Shown here: in pieces, positions 1 to 11,845 of the stretch
Numbering within the stretch: position 1 is the stretch's first letter
Layout of the letters: each line of letters starts with the position of its first letter
Assembly: GCA_039545335.1 (NCBI GenBank)
Contig: BCIN01000001.1
Location: 1,162,604-1,226,603 of the forward strand
DNA: 64,000 nt
Source: Kondoa subrosea
Taxonomy: Eukaryota
Direction of reading: 5' to 3'
Notes under the pieces: model-generated
What the model was told of the DNA's origin: nothing
Seen by the model: the letters and a program-made list of their open reading frames with translations, nothing else
The model's database searches: none
Program-made: the position numbers and the translations under genes

Positions 1-16
1 AACAAGCATCATTTGA

Positions 17-1281
17 ATGTCCAGTTTTCGCAAGCGAGCTACAGCTGCAAATGTCGCACCAGCTGGCTGTCGCGTTTCAGCTTACAATGGTCAAATCCTG
101 CTGAGTCTTGGTGTTGCTTCTTTGGATGATTTGCTGGGAGGTGGTCTGCCTATCCATTCGTCTGCCATAGTTGAGGAAGACGTGAAATCATCTTATGCTC
201 GACTGCTGCTCAAGTATTGGATAGCTCAAGGCTTGACTTCAAGTGATCAGCAAAATGTCATAGTCATTGGATCGTCTCTGGATGGTATGGGTGGACCTCA
301 AGAGACTGTAGAAAGTCTCATGGCAAAAGATTCTGTCACTGCTTCGGTTCCTGTGCCAAAGAAACCTGCAGAAGATGATAAAATGCGTATTGCTTTCCGG
401 TATCAAGATCTCGCTTTGCATCAGTCTACAGTCAATGATCCGTCAACTACTCAGGGAGAAGATGAATATTGCTCGACGTATGATTTGACGAAGAAAATGA
501 GCTTGAGCGAGAAAGATCGAAATAGATTGCATTTGTTGGATATTTCTTCGGATGGTGTTATGCCTATGTCTTATGTTACAATACTGGGAGAATTGGAAGA
601 GCTGCTGAAGAAGTACGCTTCGCGGGATCAGTCAGTCAACCCAAAGTGTGATTGGGTTTTGGCTGAACTTAATACAGATCTTCAAGTTCCACAACACCTG
701 CAGTACCAGTACGAATAGCAATCCAGTCGTTAGGATCATCTCTTTGGCCAGTAGCAGACAAACATGTCAGTCTCGAATTTCTTCCTTTTATCGCTCACTG
801 GCTGATTTCCAGTCAGTCCCTCTTCAATTTCTTCTTCACTCTGCGAAATCTTCTCAAACGCTACAACGCCTCGACAATGACAACTCTACCACTCATTTCT
901 GACATCCATCTTCGCTCACGTTTGAATTCCGCAGTCGATGCTTCTATCCTTATTCAATCCTTTGCAGACTCTCCGCATCAAGCAGCTATCTTCCCACGAT
1001 ATCAAGGTTTGATCGACGTACCTCTTTTACCAACACCTTGTTCTCTCGTTCCAGCTTCAGTCAAAATGTCCGTTCTGAGAGGATTGGCAGCTGGATCTGC
1101 TTCTTCGGCTGGAGCAGGCGGGATGAACAACAATTTAGCTTTCAGGTTGAAGAGGAAACGATTGGTCATTGAAACGCTGCATTTGGATAGTGGGGAGGAA
1201 GAACCGGTTAAGAGTAGTGCAAAGGAGAAAGAGAAGAAGGTGATACCGGATGCGGTAAAGGGGATGACGGAGGAGTGGTAA
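17..1281 (+). CDS. ELP4: Elongator complex protein 4 (3 exons)
   Basis: N-terminal MSSFRKR, 'SLGVASLDDLLGGGLP', 'LLKYWIAQG', 'MRIAFRY', 'YCSTYDLTK'; spliced middle exon RIAIQSLGSSLWP; C-terminal 'NNLAFRLKRKRLVIETLHLD'. Two GTCAGT..AG introns join ORFs 17..718 and 877..1281. Confidence 0.93.
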
Positions 1282-1767
1282 TACAAGCGGTCAGAGAAAG
1301 CAACCATTCAAGCATATGAGTCGACTTTGGCGGCACTTTCGAATTTATGAGCTCGTCAACGCAAGCGAGGAATATCAAAAGGTAGAGTATCGTTTGTGAG
1401 CTCAAGGTCCTTACGAGCTGGACATTAGCTTATCTTCTGCTTACAGCTGACAGCCATAAGCGCGTCAAGCAACAAAGTTCAGCTGTTCAGCTGTAATTTT
1501 CAGACTAGACGACGAGGGAACTAGCGAGTTGCTTTGATTAAGTACAGTAGCTATTCTTGTATGCCGTGAGAGAAGCGAGAAGGATCAAGGAGATAGATCA
1601 CCTGACCAAGAGCCATATTTTGTAGCATTCACCTCAAGTCACGATTTCGAGTCGCAAGCTTTAATGTCAACCTCATCCTCAGCAACCAAAGCCCCTCTAC
1701 AGGCGTATACCCACACTCGTGTATTCCACTCTTCTCTATCTCTCTAGCTTGCTCAATTACAATTACA

Positions 1768-3158
1768 ATGGACAGCGCAAGCTCTTCATCAACTGCGAGT
1801 TCTCGTCTTTCATTTCGAAACGATGCTTCGAGCTGAAGCTTGCCTGTTACTGCCCACTACAGGGCTTTGATTTCTCCAACGTGCTGCGTAACGCACACAT
1901 TCAAAACGCTGCCTCGAAGTCCCATGCTCGTCTACCGAAGGCTACATCTACGTATGTCGAGCTCCTCTTCTTGCTCGCCTGTTCAACTCAAAAGATTTCC
2001 CAGCGGTACGACAATAACGGGTGAGTATGTAGGGGGACGAGAAATTCAGAACACCGCTGATGCTCATATGGACAGGATGTTTGTACGATGGTGGTGTAGT
2101 AATCGCAGCCGATACACGGTCAGTAGCTGAAACTTTCAAGCATTCATGAGCTGACCCTTGCTTCCCGTTATAGAGCAACCGAGGGACCGATTGTTGGTTA
2201 GTGGCATTTCTCGGGAAATTGCATGTCAGCGCTCAGAAGTTGCGCAGCCGATAAGAACTGCGAGAAGGTGCGTTCAGGCCAATGATTCGCCTCCTTACAA
2301 GCTCATTGAAGGGACCAGATTCACTACATTAGCGATAACATCAAATGTGCGGGAGCTGGAACAGCTGCTGGTCAGTTCAACATTTCGATATTCAGCCTCA
2401 AAACTGACCCTGCTATGCCAGATACCGAATTCACGAGTGAGTGTGGCTATATGCATGAAATACACAACTCAATGGCTCCGCCTATAGCTGCCATGATCTC
2501 TTCCAACATGCAGCTACATGCTCTCTCGACAAACCGACAACCGCGAGTCGTTACCGCCCTCACTATGCTCAAGCAGATGCTGTTCAGGTTCGCTTCCTCT
2601 GCTCCATAGAGACAAGGACTATATTCTGTCACAGATATCAGGGACAAGTCGGCGCTTATCTCGTTTTAGGGGGATGCGACATCGACGGGCCTCAACTCTT
2701 CACTGTAGCGGCGCATGGATCAACAGACAAGCTGCCTTACGTGACTATGGGATCTGGATCAATGGCAGCCATGTCCGTCTTTGAGACCCGTTGGAGAGCT
2801 GGGATGACTCGTCAGGAAGCGATTGATTTGGCTGTGGATTCCATCGAGAGCGGTATCTTCAACGATCTGGGATCAGGTAGCAATGTGGACATCTGTTGCA
2901 TCGAAAAGGATGGAAGCGATATGTACAGGAATTATAAGAAGCCCAATGAGAGGGTATTGAAGGAGTTGAGCTACAAGCCAAGGAAAGGTTTGTTTCTGCT
3001 TTCTCATTGACATGACTGGCTTGTACTGAAGCGCTCTCTGTTTAGGTGCAACGGCTGTCAAGAGATTCGAGGTCAAGACTCTTGTAGTCCACGAAGAGGA
3101 GACCAAACACTTAGATACCACTGCCGCGCACGCAACAGCAATGGAAGTAGATGCATAG
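1768..3158 (+). CDS. PUP1: 20S proteasome subunit beta-2 (~10 introns; first intron GC-AG at 1795-1862)
   Basis: Spliced translation GFDFSN...[43 protein letters not shown]...[13 protein letters not shown]...[16 protein letters not shown]...[13 protein letters not shown]; catalytic Thr follows the propeptide Gly. Confidence 0.96.
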
Positions 3159-3380
3159 GGATAAGCTTTGAGCAATGTAATCTTTCATCTTCTTATTGAA
3201 AACGTTTGCTCGGTGGCACGACTTGTTCGCTCATTTTGGCACAATGACATGATGATGTTATTCTGACACCAAACAAACGTCTGCAATCTAATCTGAGGTC
3301 AATGGCGAATACCTGAAGCTAGCATACCCCTCACCAGCCTTTGATACCTCGCTAAGCCAGACTATTGGAGCAAAGCAACA

Positions 3381-5885
3381 ATGCACAAACGAATTATCTT
3401 TCTGTTACTACTGACTCTATGCGTCCTCGCTCTGGCATTGGGCGCCTACCTAACAAGACAGAATCTGATGCTCAGCCTTGTCGTTGGCCTGCAGAACCTT
3501 TCCAGTTGTGGTTCATGTTTATCATTACTCATGCCATTACAATTACTGGCCAAACTGGGGGATGATGCTTTCACTGAAGCTCTAGTCGATGTATGCGTTG
3601 GTATGGATGTTAGTGTTCTAGTTCTGGACTGCGAAATTCATGAAGGCTGAACGTTTGGGCTGTGAATAGATTCAAGACGAAGATGTCTGTTCTGGTGCCT
3701 TGCAAGCTCAAGGACCAGTCATAGCGCATGCTTTACGATCAATCAGTCTCAGTAAACGTACTGCAACCCTCTTCTGCTCTGAAATACTGGGATTATGTCC
3801 ATATCCTGCTGTACCGCATTACTCCTTTCCGCTAGCTAAACCAACACGCAATGTAACCATACCTCTTTCTGGTCAGAAACCAACAATCAAGTTTCTACAT
3901 GTATCGGATGTGCATATGGATAGAGAATACCTCGTTGGATCGGAAGCGAAATGCGATAAGCCCATTTGTTGTCGTGGACCGATGGAGGGCGAAAAAGTGG
4001 TCTCGCCTGCAGGAAAGGTCAGTCACAGGAGCTGTTTGCGCTGCTTGTAGCGTAGTTTAGGCTTTTTGTTGATCGACAGTTCGGCAATTACAACGTGCGT
4101 TTAAAGTTGTTAGACTTAGGCTTAACTAACATCATGCGCAGTGCGATACTCCTGTGGCCCTCTTTGATAGCATGATGGCTGCCATAAATCAGTTAGTGAA
4201 ACAATCATGGGATATAGACTTTGCTAATTTTCTCCTGAAGGTATGCTGGAAACGCAGAAGGTTTACTATTTACCGGCGATGTAGTCGATCGTACGTAGCG
4301 TTGCTTTGTATCATGACCAGCTAATACCCGGTACAGATGCTGTTTGGCAATCGAGCGAAAAAGGTGTAACGGAATCTGTTGAAGCGATGTATGCTTCCAT
4401 GCTACAAAGTCTGCCGATGCCAGTCTACGGAGCAATCGGTGCGGTCTTTCGTCCGATGCTTTTTCCGTGTCGCTGATTAGCTATGCAGGCAATCACGATG
4501 TTCACCCTACCAACGCTTTTGCCCGAGGTCCAGCTGGTTCAGCATCAGCTTCGCAATGGGCCTTAGATCTACATGAAAAAGTATGGACGCCTTACATTGG
4601 ATCTAAAGAAGCTGGTCGCTCCGCGTCTCATCAATCTGGCTCTTATTCCTACTTGCACCCAAATTCAAACTTGCGCATCATTTCCTTCAACACCAATTTC
4701 GCTTACAAGGCTAATTTCTGGTTGTATGATTCTGATCGTTGGGAACCGGATTCCAATGGCTTGTTCACTTGGTTGGCCGGAGAATTGCAGAAAGCGGAAA
4801 GCAAGGATGAACGAGTTTGGATCGTCGGCCATATGAGCCCTGGGAAAGGAGACTTCATGAGAGATTCTAGCGCAGTTTATGATCAGGTCAGTTTTCAATG
4901 ACTATTTGGGTCACTAGACTGACGATTGCTTTACAGATCATACAGAGATATCGGAAGACGGTAATTCAGGACGTCAGTACTGCAACTTATTTACTAAGCT
5001 GTCTCGTGTGTAGATTTCCGCTCAGTTTTATGGGCATACACATCGGGTAAGTCAAGTCACTTTGGAGACAATTTCTTTAGGCTGAACTTAGAACGCAGGC
5101 TGAGTTCGAGATTGGCTACTCTAGCTACGCAAATCGAGCAGAAGATACCGCTACAACAATCTCCTACATTGCGCCGGCTCTTACACCGAGTAGTAAGTCG
5201 TGCAATTATCGATGTCTCAACGCATCTGATCATCGGCAGGCGGCAACCCCGTTTTCCGTATATATGAAGTAGATCCAGACTCTTATGCGATAATGGACTA
5301 CGTCGAGATAATCTCCGATTTGCAAGCACCTACATATCAATCTTCACCACAATGGGTACCATATTACTCTGCGAGAGAATCTTATGGTCATCTACTCTTC
5401 GATCGACCTTTAGCTGCACATGAACCGCTCGATGCGTCTTTTTGGCATCGAGTGACGGAAATCTTTGAGCAGAACAATTGGGCTTTCAACCTGTTCATGC
5501 AGAGACTGTACCGAGGAGCGCATCGAGTTCATTGCTGGTCACCCCAGTGTAAAGCAAGCTGGATCAATAGCTTAAGAACAGCAAGATCAGAATATGCTCA
5601 TTCAGCTGTACATCCTCATCAACCTTGGCGAAAGCGATCGCTGCATGATCATGATGATGAAGAGCTAGAAGAAGATCCTCAAAAGAGTGGGTGTGCTGAC
5701 AAAGCGGAAGATGCTCGATCGATATTCAAGAGTATGGCGAACGGTTTAGACGCTACAGTAAGCTGCACTACCTATCACTATCGACGACAAAGCTGACGGC
5801 TGCTTTACAGACCATACAACGCTTTCTTGACCAAAAGACAGAGCAAACTAAGCAAATGAGCTGGAAAAGGTGGTTGACTCGATGA
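3381..5885 (+). CDS. Acid sphingomyelinase-like phosphodiesterase (saposin-like + metallophosphoesterase, secreted/vacuolar)
   Basis: Signal/anchor peptide, saposin-like Cys (SCGSCL..VDVC..DVC..FC), motifs HVSDVHMD, CDKPICCR, FTGDVVDH, GNHD, WIVGH, FYGHTH; multiple GT-AG introns. Confidence 0.92.
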
Positions 5886-6742
5886 GAAAGGGGATTGGCT
5901 GTAATGTGAGCAATATTTTATTCGTTCTGTTTAGATCATATGCATAGACTGTACTACTGTTGTATCAATATATCTTCATGACAAATCTAGATCGAATTAC
6001 TAAATCTGCTTTCAGAAATAGCTTTCACAATCTTATACCGAGAGATACAGCCCTGCCCAAGGTCTTCCTGTTCTCCACGCAGTGACTTTGCGTGCGAGAC
6101 ATCAATCGCTCTCTTATATCTTTCTCAATCGCTCTCTTCATCAGATTATTTTCGGCCGGTCTAGGATTTGACTTCTTCTCAACCGTCCAATCATTTTTCT
6201 TTATCTATTCTTCATATCGCTGATTGCTTTGAACATTCTGGCTCTTGCCCTTGGACCTGATGGCTGCAAAGCCTTGGCCAGCGATTAATGCGCATCTGAA
6301 TTGGCTTCTGAATCCGCAATCCAATCGTTCTTCGACCTCAGTTGGTCCGCGGCTGGATGATTGATCTAAATTTGGTTTATCATCGATCAGATTGGGCAGA
6401 GTACAAGAAAGTCTGCTCATGCGAATTCGTTCCTTTTGGTCCTTGGAAAGATCGAATAGTTTACATCTGTGAACCCAATACCAGACGTTCGACAAGCCTG
6501 TGCCTGTGCAGACCATCGTTTCTCGCGCATCCTTCTTTGGCCAGCAACAGTTTTCACTTTTCCCAGACATTATATTTCTGCGAAGCTCTCCGAGCCCCGC
6601 TATCTGATAATTGACGGGCATCTATGGCCTTTTCGAGAAGTCTGGACTGACTTTAATTCGAAGCACAGCCTTTGTGGCTATTTCTGGTATTTCGAGGTCA
6701 GTTGTATCTTGGCGTTGTCATTTATTGATTTTCAACAACGAC

Positions 6743-7673
6743 ATGGACAAGCGCGTATCTATCTCACAAAGTCATCACGACAGTACGTTTGCTTACTACC
6801 TTCGTGTATGCCGTTGATGGCTCGACAAAGTCTATGCTCTGGCTCATGGTTAGACTCCTTTTCTCTCATCAAAGTCGGCCTACCTGACTGGCAGGCCCAG
6901 CTATCACTGCCAGCATAGCAAAATTCGTTACTCTACCTGTTGCCTTACTTGCTGGTCGATGTAAGGCCTTGTCTCTCAGCCAGAATGCATTTTCCTGACT
7001 TTGTTGTCAAGATAGCAGGAAATACTCTAAATGGATCCTTGTACATATGATCTTCAACTCACTCACAGTCATTCTTGTCGCCGTTTCCTTCGCCCTCGCA
7101 AATATTGCTACAGACGGCGCTGGTGAAGTCAAGGTTGGCGGGAATGATGGAGGCGACGAGGGCACAGACTGGCATCATGATGACGGGAAGGTAGCTCTTG
7201 GCGCCGTACTACTCACTGCTGTTGGCGGTATCTGGGCAAAATTCAGGACTAATGCTCCGCGCTATAACATCGTCGTTCTCCAAAAAGAAAGGTCTTGGAT
7301 TCGCTATCTTCACATTGCATTGGGTATCGTGTCAGCTGTATTGCTTTGTAGGTCTTCTTTTCATCTGTAGCTGCCCATTCTCATCTTCTATAGACGTGCA
7401 AATTTACACTGGACTTGAGTAAGTTTTCGATTCAAGAACATGACGTGTACTGAGATCGATCTATGTAGCGAATGGAACGACACTAACGAATCGGAAACCA
7501 AAGTGCCTAATGTCGTCAGAATTCTATTCTGGATTTTGCTAGCCCTTGAAGCGGGTCTTTACATTGGTGGCTGGCCTTACATGGAAATGCGTGCAAGAAA
7601 GGAGAGAGAAATCGAGTTGATGAAGAGCGACCACGCAATGGATCATTTAAGTCTGAAGAGCAATGTGCCATGA
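6743..7673 (+). CDS. Cytochrome b561 / ferric-reductase-like transmembrane protein
   Basis: Spliced model MDKRVSISQSHHD-IYALAH-AITASIAKFVTLPVALLAGR..KWILVHMIFNSL..DWHH..RYLHIALG..EW..; about 5 hydrophobic helices with His at b561 heme-ligand-like positions. Confidence 0.7.
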
Positions 7674-8142
7674 AGGGGGAAACGAGGCAAGAAAGGACAA
7701 TCATAAATCACAACGATTATCGATACCCATAGCAATGCTCAAGGACAATGGATTATCACCGTATAGGTACGGTCGGTGCCTCCGCTTTCTTCTCCAGTGT
7801 GAACCAAGTTGAACACTCTTCCCAAACGCAACTTTGCGAAATTGCTGGGTTGCGTAAATTTGCAGATACGTTCCTGCCTTTCTGCGATGCTTCGAGCAAG
7901 ATATTCAGCTGCTGCAGTCCGACGTCTGTTCGATGTCACGTCTTTTATCTCTTTGCCGTGCAAAACCTTCTTTTCGTTGTTTCCTTAGGCTATCTATCTC
8001 TAATTGTCACAATGTGTCAGAATATGTACTTCCAATTCAGTGTGATACTGTATTACTTCAAGTATGGTGGCATGTAACCGCCAATTGCTGATGAACTCTT
8101 CGAGATCGCGCTTCATTCTGCAGTCTCGCCTGCGATCTGTTT

Positions 8143-8232
8143 TTGATGACAGAAGACAGAAGAGAAGGCATAGGCATAAGCATAGGCATATAATGCTATG
8201 TCAGCCCATTCGTTGAGTGAGATTAACGACCG
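8143..8232 (+). repeat. Direct repeat X, copy 1 (partner 9722-9823), with internal (GCATAR)x4 tandem
   Basis: TTGATGACAGAAGACAGAAGAGAAG is identical at 8143-8167 and 9722-9746; second block 8186-8232 is similar to 9777-9823. Confidence 0.9.
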
Positions 8233-8250
8233 AATGCATTCAAAGCAAAA

Positions 8251-8542
8251 GATCACGATGAGAAGAGCATGAAGAAGATTCTCAGAAGAGTGGATGTGTG
8301 GGCAAAGCGGAAGATGCTCGATTGATATTCAAGAGCATGACCAACGCTTGGAATGCTTGTCATGCAGACCACACAACGCTTTCTCGACCGAAAGACAGAG
8401 CGGAAAAAGCAGATGAGCTGGAGAAGGTGGTTGATGCCATAAGAAGGGGGTTGGATCGTGAGCAATATTTTATTCAATCTGTTTAGATTATTTGCATAGG
8501 CTGTATAACTATTGTACCAACATATGCTCATGATAATCGAGA
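8251..8542 (+). pseudogene. Degenerate duplicate of the 3' end and 3' UTR of the sphingomyelinase gene (source 5647-5991)
   Basis: Colinear similarity (AAAGCGGAAGATGCTCGAT, GATATTCAAGAG, ACAACGCTTTCT, ATGAGCTGGA, GTGAGCAATATTTTATTC) with indels; most of the last intron is deleted. Confidence 0.9.
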
Positions 8543-8664
8543 CTCAAAATTTCGCATGATCAATGACCAGCATTGTCAAGACCATGGCCTGTTCTTGCGA
8601 GTTTTAGCAGATGTATGCCAGAGCAAGAAACCACATACATCCTGGGCTGGCAAGCCAGAAGGTG

Positions 8665-9484
8665 TTACGTATATCGGATAAGATTCATCGCCGGACATCT
8701 GGCGCCATCCACGTAGAAGTCCGTCAGAAGTCGAAAGTATTTCTGTAGACGAGACTTACCCCGTCTTCTTTTAACAAGCGTTGATTCGATGCCAGAAGTA
8801 TATCTGACCCCTTTGCTCTGACTTCCAGATGCGTTTCATCAGAATAAGGGTCATACCTTCACAGGATTAATGTAGAAACCGGCGGACATCAGCTACTCAC
8901 AGATGCTCTGTCACTTTATAGGCTTTATGACTGAACTCCGTCGTGACAGCTCTTCCAAATGTCCCCCGTGAGCATACATCAACGAAAGCCGCTTTTAATT
9001 TGATCGATCCTAGACTAATCGAAACTCTGTGCGAAAGTGAACCGATGTCAGGCAGTGAAGTAGTGACGTACTGGGCTTTCCTCGGTATATGTGTGCCTTT
9101 TTCCTGAGGCCAATAACCTTCGAACACATTTGTTCCGCTGTGCCCTCTGCATATCGAAAGCGATCCTGCAGAGCCATGGCATGTGTACATGAGTTCTTCG
9201 CCTTCTGAACCAGCTTGGACCACCGAATACTGCATGTATCAGCACTCAGTACCTTTCCTTGCCAAATCACTTTCTACTCACAGTGTAGTTTCCTTTGCCA
9301 TTATCTAGCGCGGATCTACGAAATCTTTCGTTGGCGTATGAAAGAAGACTAATAGGGTTACAGACCTTCGCTGGAAGCGCTTGCTAAAACCTTCAGGTAA
9401 CACAAGGTCCTCCGTTTCGCCATAATTCGCCTCTTCGCCTTGATCTTTCGACTTCAAGTGGACGTCAAATGAATCGAACGGCAT
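8665..9484 (-). CDS. Hypothetical (orphan) protein, ~180-190 aa, 4-5 introns
   Basis: Frame-preserving GT-AG introns give MPFDSFDVHLKSK...RRSALDNGKGNYT-YSVVQAG...RKAQ-VSISLGSIKLKAAFVDV...EHL-YDPYSDETHLEVRAKGSDILLAS...KEDG. The stop is at 8756 or, if the last intron is spliced, 8665. Confidence 0.6.
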
Positions 9485-9721
9485 AGTATCGCTTGAATGT
9501 AGACGGAACCGCAAGCTTAGTCAAGGAGACTCGCCAACAAAAGACTGAGAGACAGAAAGTATAGGACGGCAAATGGGGAAAGTCAGAAGGGGAAAGTCGA
9601 GGATCAAGCAGAAGTCCACAAGCCAGGAGCATCAGTCCCGGACCTCCTCAAGCGTGCTGGCCGGAGACAATATATATGAAACGAAAAAAGAGCCGAGCAG
9701 CATCCGAGGATGAAGGCATGC

Positions 9722-9823
9722 TTGATGACAGAAGACAGAAGAGAAGACCTTTCCTAATTGTATTTATGCGCCGACCGCATAGAATGCTGTGTCAGCTCCT
9801 TTCGCTGAATGAGCTCAAGATCG
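9722..9823 (+). repeat. Direct repeat X, copy 2
   Basis: See 8143-8232. Confidence 0.9.
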
Positions 9824-9980
9824 TAGTCGCAGCGCTTTCGATGAGTCAAGACGGGGTAGTCCTGACAGGCTACAGCTTGAGATGCGACAACATTCACTTC
9901 TATACAGCTCATCCAGTATGATACATTCGTTATAATTTTGTTGCCGCTCCAGCCATTGAAAGCCGTCTCTGCAGCAGACC

Positions 9981-11388
9981 TTATGCAGGCATTTCTGAGA
10001 TGCTTTTTGGGAAACCAGCTTGTTTCCCGTTCAAAGCTGATCTTTGATCTCGAGACTGTACAGCCGCAATTAGACGAAGCATCAAAACGCGTGGAAGGGC
10101 ACTGTACCTGTTTATACACCTGCTTGCGAAGCCTGTTGATACTGCCAAGTGGTTTATGCGCTTCTAGTCCATTGAATGGAGTCCTATTGTACAATGTGAG
10201 CACGTGACAGGCGGTAGACATGCAACTAACAGAGCAATGTGATCCTCCCACCATTTCAATCGCTCTTTCGAAAACGAATCTTGCTTAGGAAAAGTCACTG
10301 TTCCCAACTCGAACCAAGGAGCAGAGCTTTCAGGCCAAACGACAGATGCATCCTCTACCGGATGTTGAGTGAGAGAAGAACTGAATTGAGCCTTGAGTGT
10401 GTAATTGCCAGATCTGGTTGAGAAGTAATCTTGCAACAGGTCTCTGTGTACGTCGGGCGAAGCATCAGATGAGATTGAAGTTTGACCCAAAGCGACTTGG
10501 TCTTCGGCAGGGAACAGCGCATAGTGAGCGATATAAGGTCCGTGAGCAAATGCAGCTGGACAGCGCATTAGTGTCAAGTGATCAAATGAAGATATGTACT
10601 GACATTGAGTGTACATGGTTTGAGACATCAGGTGAGTGTTCGGCAAAGTGCCAGGAGCTAATTGCTTTTTTGAGTCAGACCGCTGCAAGAGCTGTTTCTT
10701 CAGCTCATCGGGTTGCTCCCAGTACTTCAATCGCAAAGAGAATATTTCAACGCAGGTATGAAGATCAGTGAGCTCCAGCATAGCAGCATTATTGAAGTGC
10801 AGATCTTGCGTCGAGCCTTCGGAGTCTTCAAGGAATCGTCCGTGAACGTCGAACACCTTGAGACCGAGACCTCGAGGCGCATTTTCAGTATCTTTGAGAA
10901 TGTGAGATGGCTCGATAGCATATCTAGCAGCAACATAGGCTCAACATAAGCCCCATAAAGTCAACTACGTTGAGAAGCCTCTTCACCTAGCAGCGACAGG
11001 ATATATCTTGCCAGGCTGGAACAATCCCTGTTGCTGCCATTCGGGTAGATCGGACTTGACTGTGAGTTCACCCTTGACTAGAGCTCTTGTCTTAACGTGA
11101 GTGGCTCTCTGCGCATGACCATGTTCCGCATTATTGCGCTCGACGATCTCTTTGACCATTGCAGCGACCTGCTGTATCTTCTCCTGCTCGCCTTCGACTG
11201 GCTTTTCAGCTTCTTGAGCGTACAACAGATCCCCAGGAACAGAAGGGGCCAGGGAGCCAATAGGAAGTCTGCCATTCGGTCAACTTCAGGACTTCTTGGA
11301 TATCAAGAGCTCGTTCGCCGTACATGCTGGCTCCTGCTACTTCAGCGCTCGTAACGGCATCTGCTACTTTCTGTTTGATGGTTTCCAT
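9981..11388 (-). CDS. Heme-dependent catalase-like (small catalase-superfamily) protein
   Basis: HGHAQRATHVK (distal His), GLFQPGKIYPVAARY, PRGLGLKVFDV, QDLHFNN, PVEDASVVW, HKPLGSINRLRKQVY (proximal R-x3-Y); 5 introns. Confidence 0.88.
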
Positions 11389-11845
11389 GTCTTCGTGGCT
11401 CGAGCACAAGTCAATGTCTGCCTTAATAAGTTTGTTGAAATGATAGCATGACATGATAGGGACTTGCACTTCAGATTCTCACTTCAGATTGTCTGCGCTA
11501 CCTTTGCAGTGATCTGGCTCAGATACAAGAATCTATGGGCTTCTCCTTTCGGGTCCATGACCTAATTGGCATTTCGATGCTGCAAGGCATAGTTTGTCTT
11601 CATCCTTCCTCTGAAAGACCAATGATCCACGATCCATAAGAACTCATTATCACAACCCCTGTCATGTTTCCTCGATTATCACTCGCCGAACCTTGTTTCC
11701 CTTTCACTAAATTACTGTTTACTGTTCGGCAGACATCGTCTCTGTTCATGATCATCTGAGCTCTTGCCATACCTCATTCGTTCTCTCTTACTTCTCTCTT
11801 CCTCTCAATCATATTTCCTATCCATTTCTTCTCAGCCTCTCCCAT

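Noticed and set aside
3245..3302. Box C/D snoRNA-like ATGATGA..CTGA..CTGA with TGAC/GTCA ends
   Set aside because: Only ~57 nt, the kink-turn stem register is imperfect, and I could not match a guide to rRNA.
8340..8375. Sphingomyelinase 3' copy as a processed retrocopy, because the intron looks absent
   Set aside because: The loss is imprecise: TGTCATGCAG, resembling the intron's 3' end TGCTTTACAG, is retained and the preceding ACA codon is lost. This fits a DNA-level deletion; there is also no poly(A) tract.
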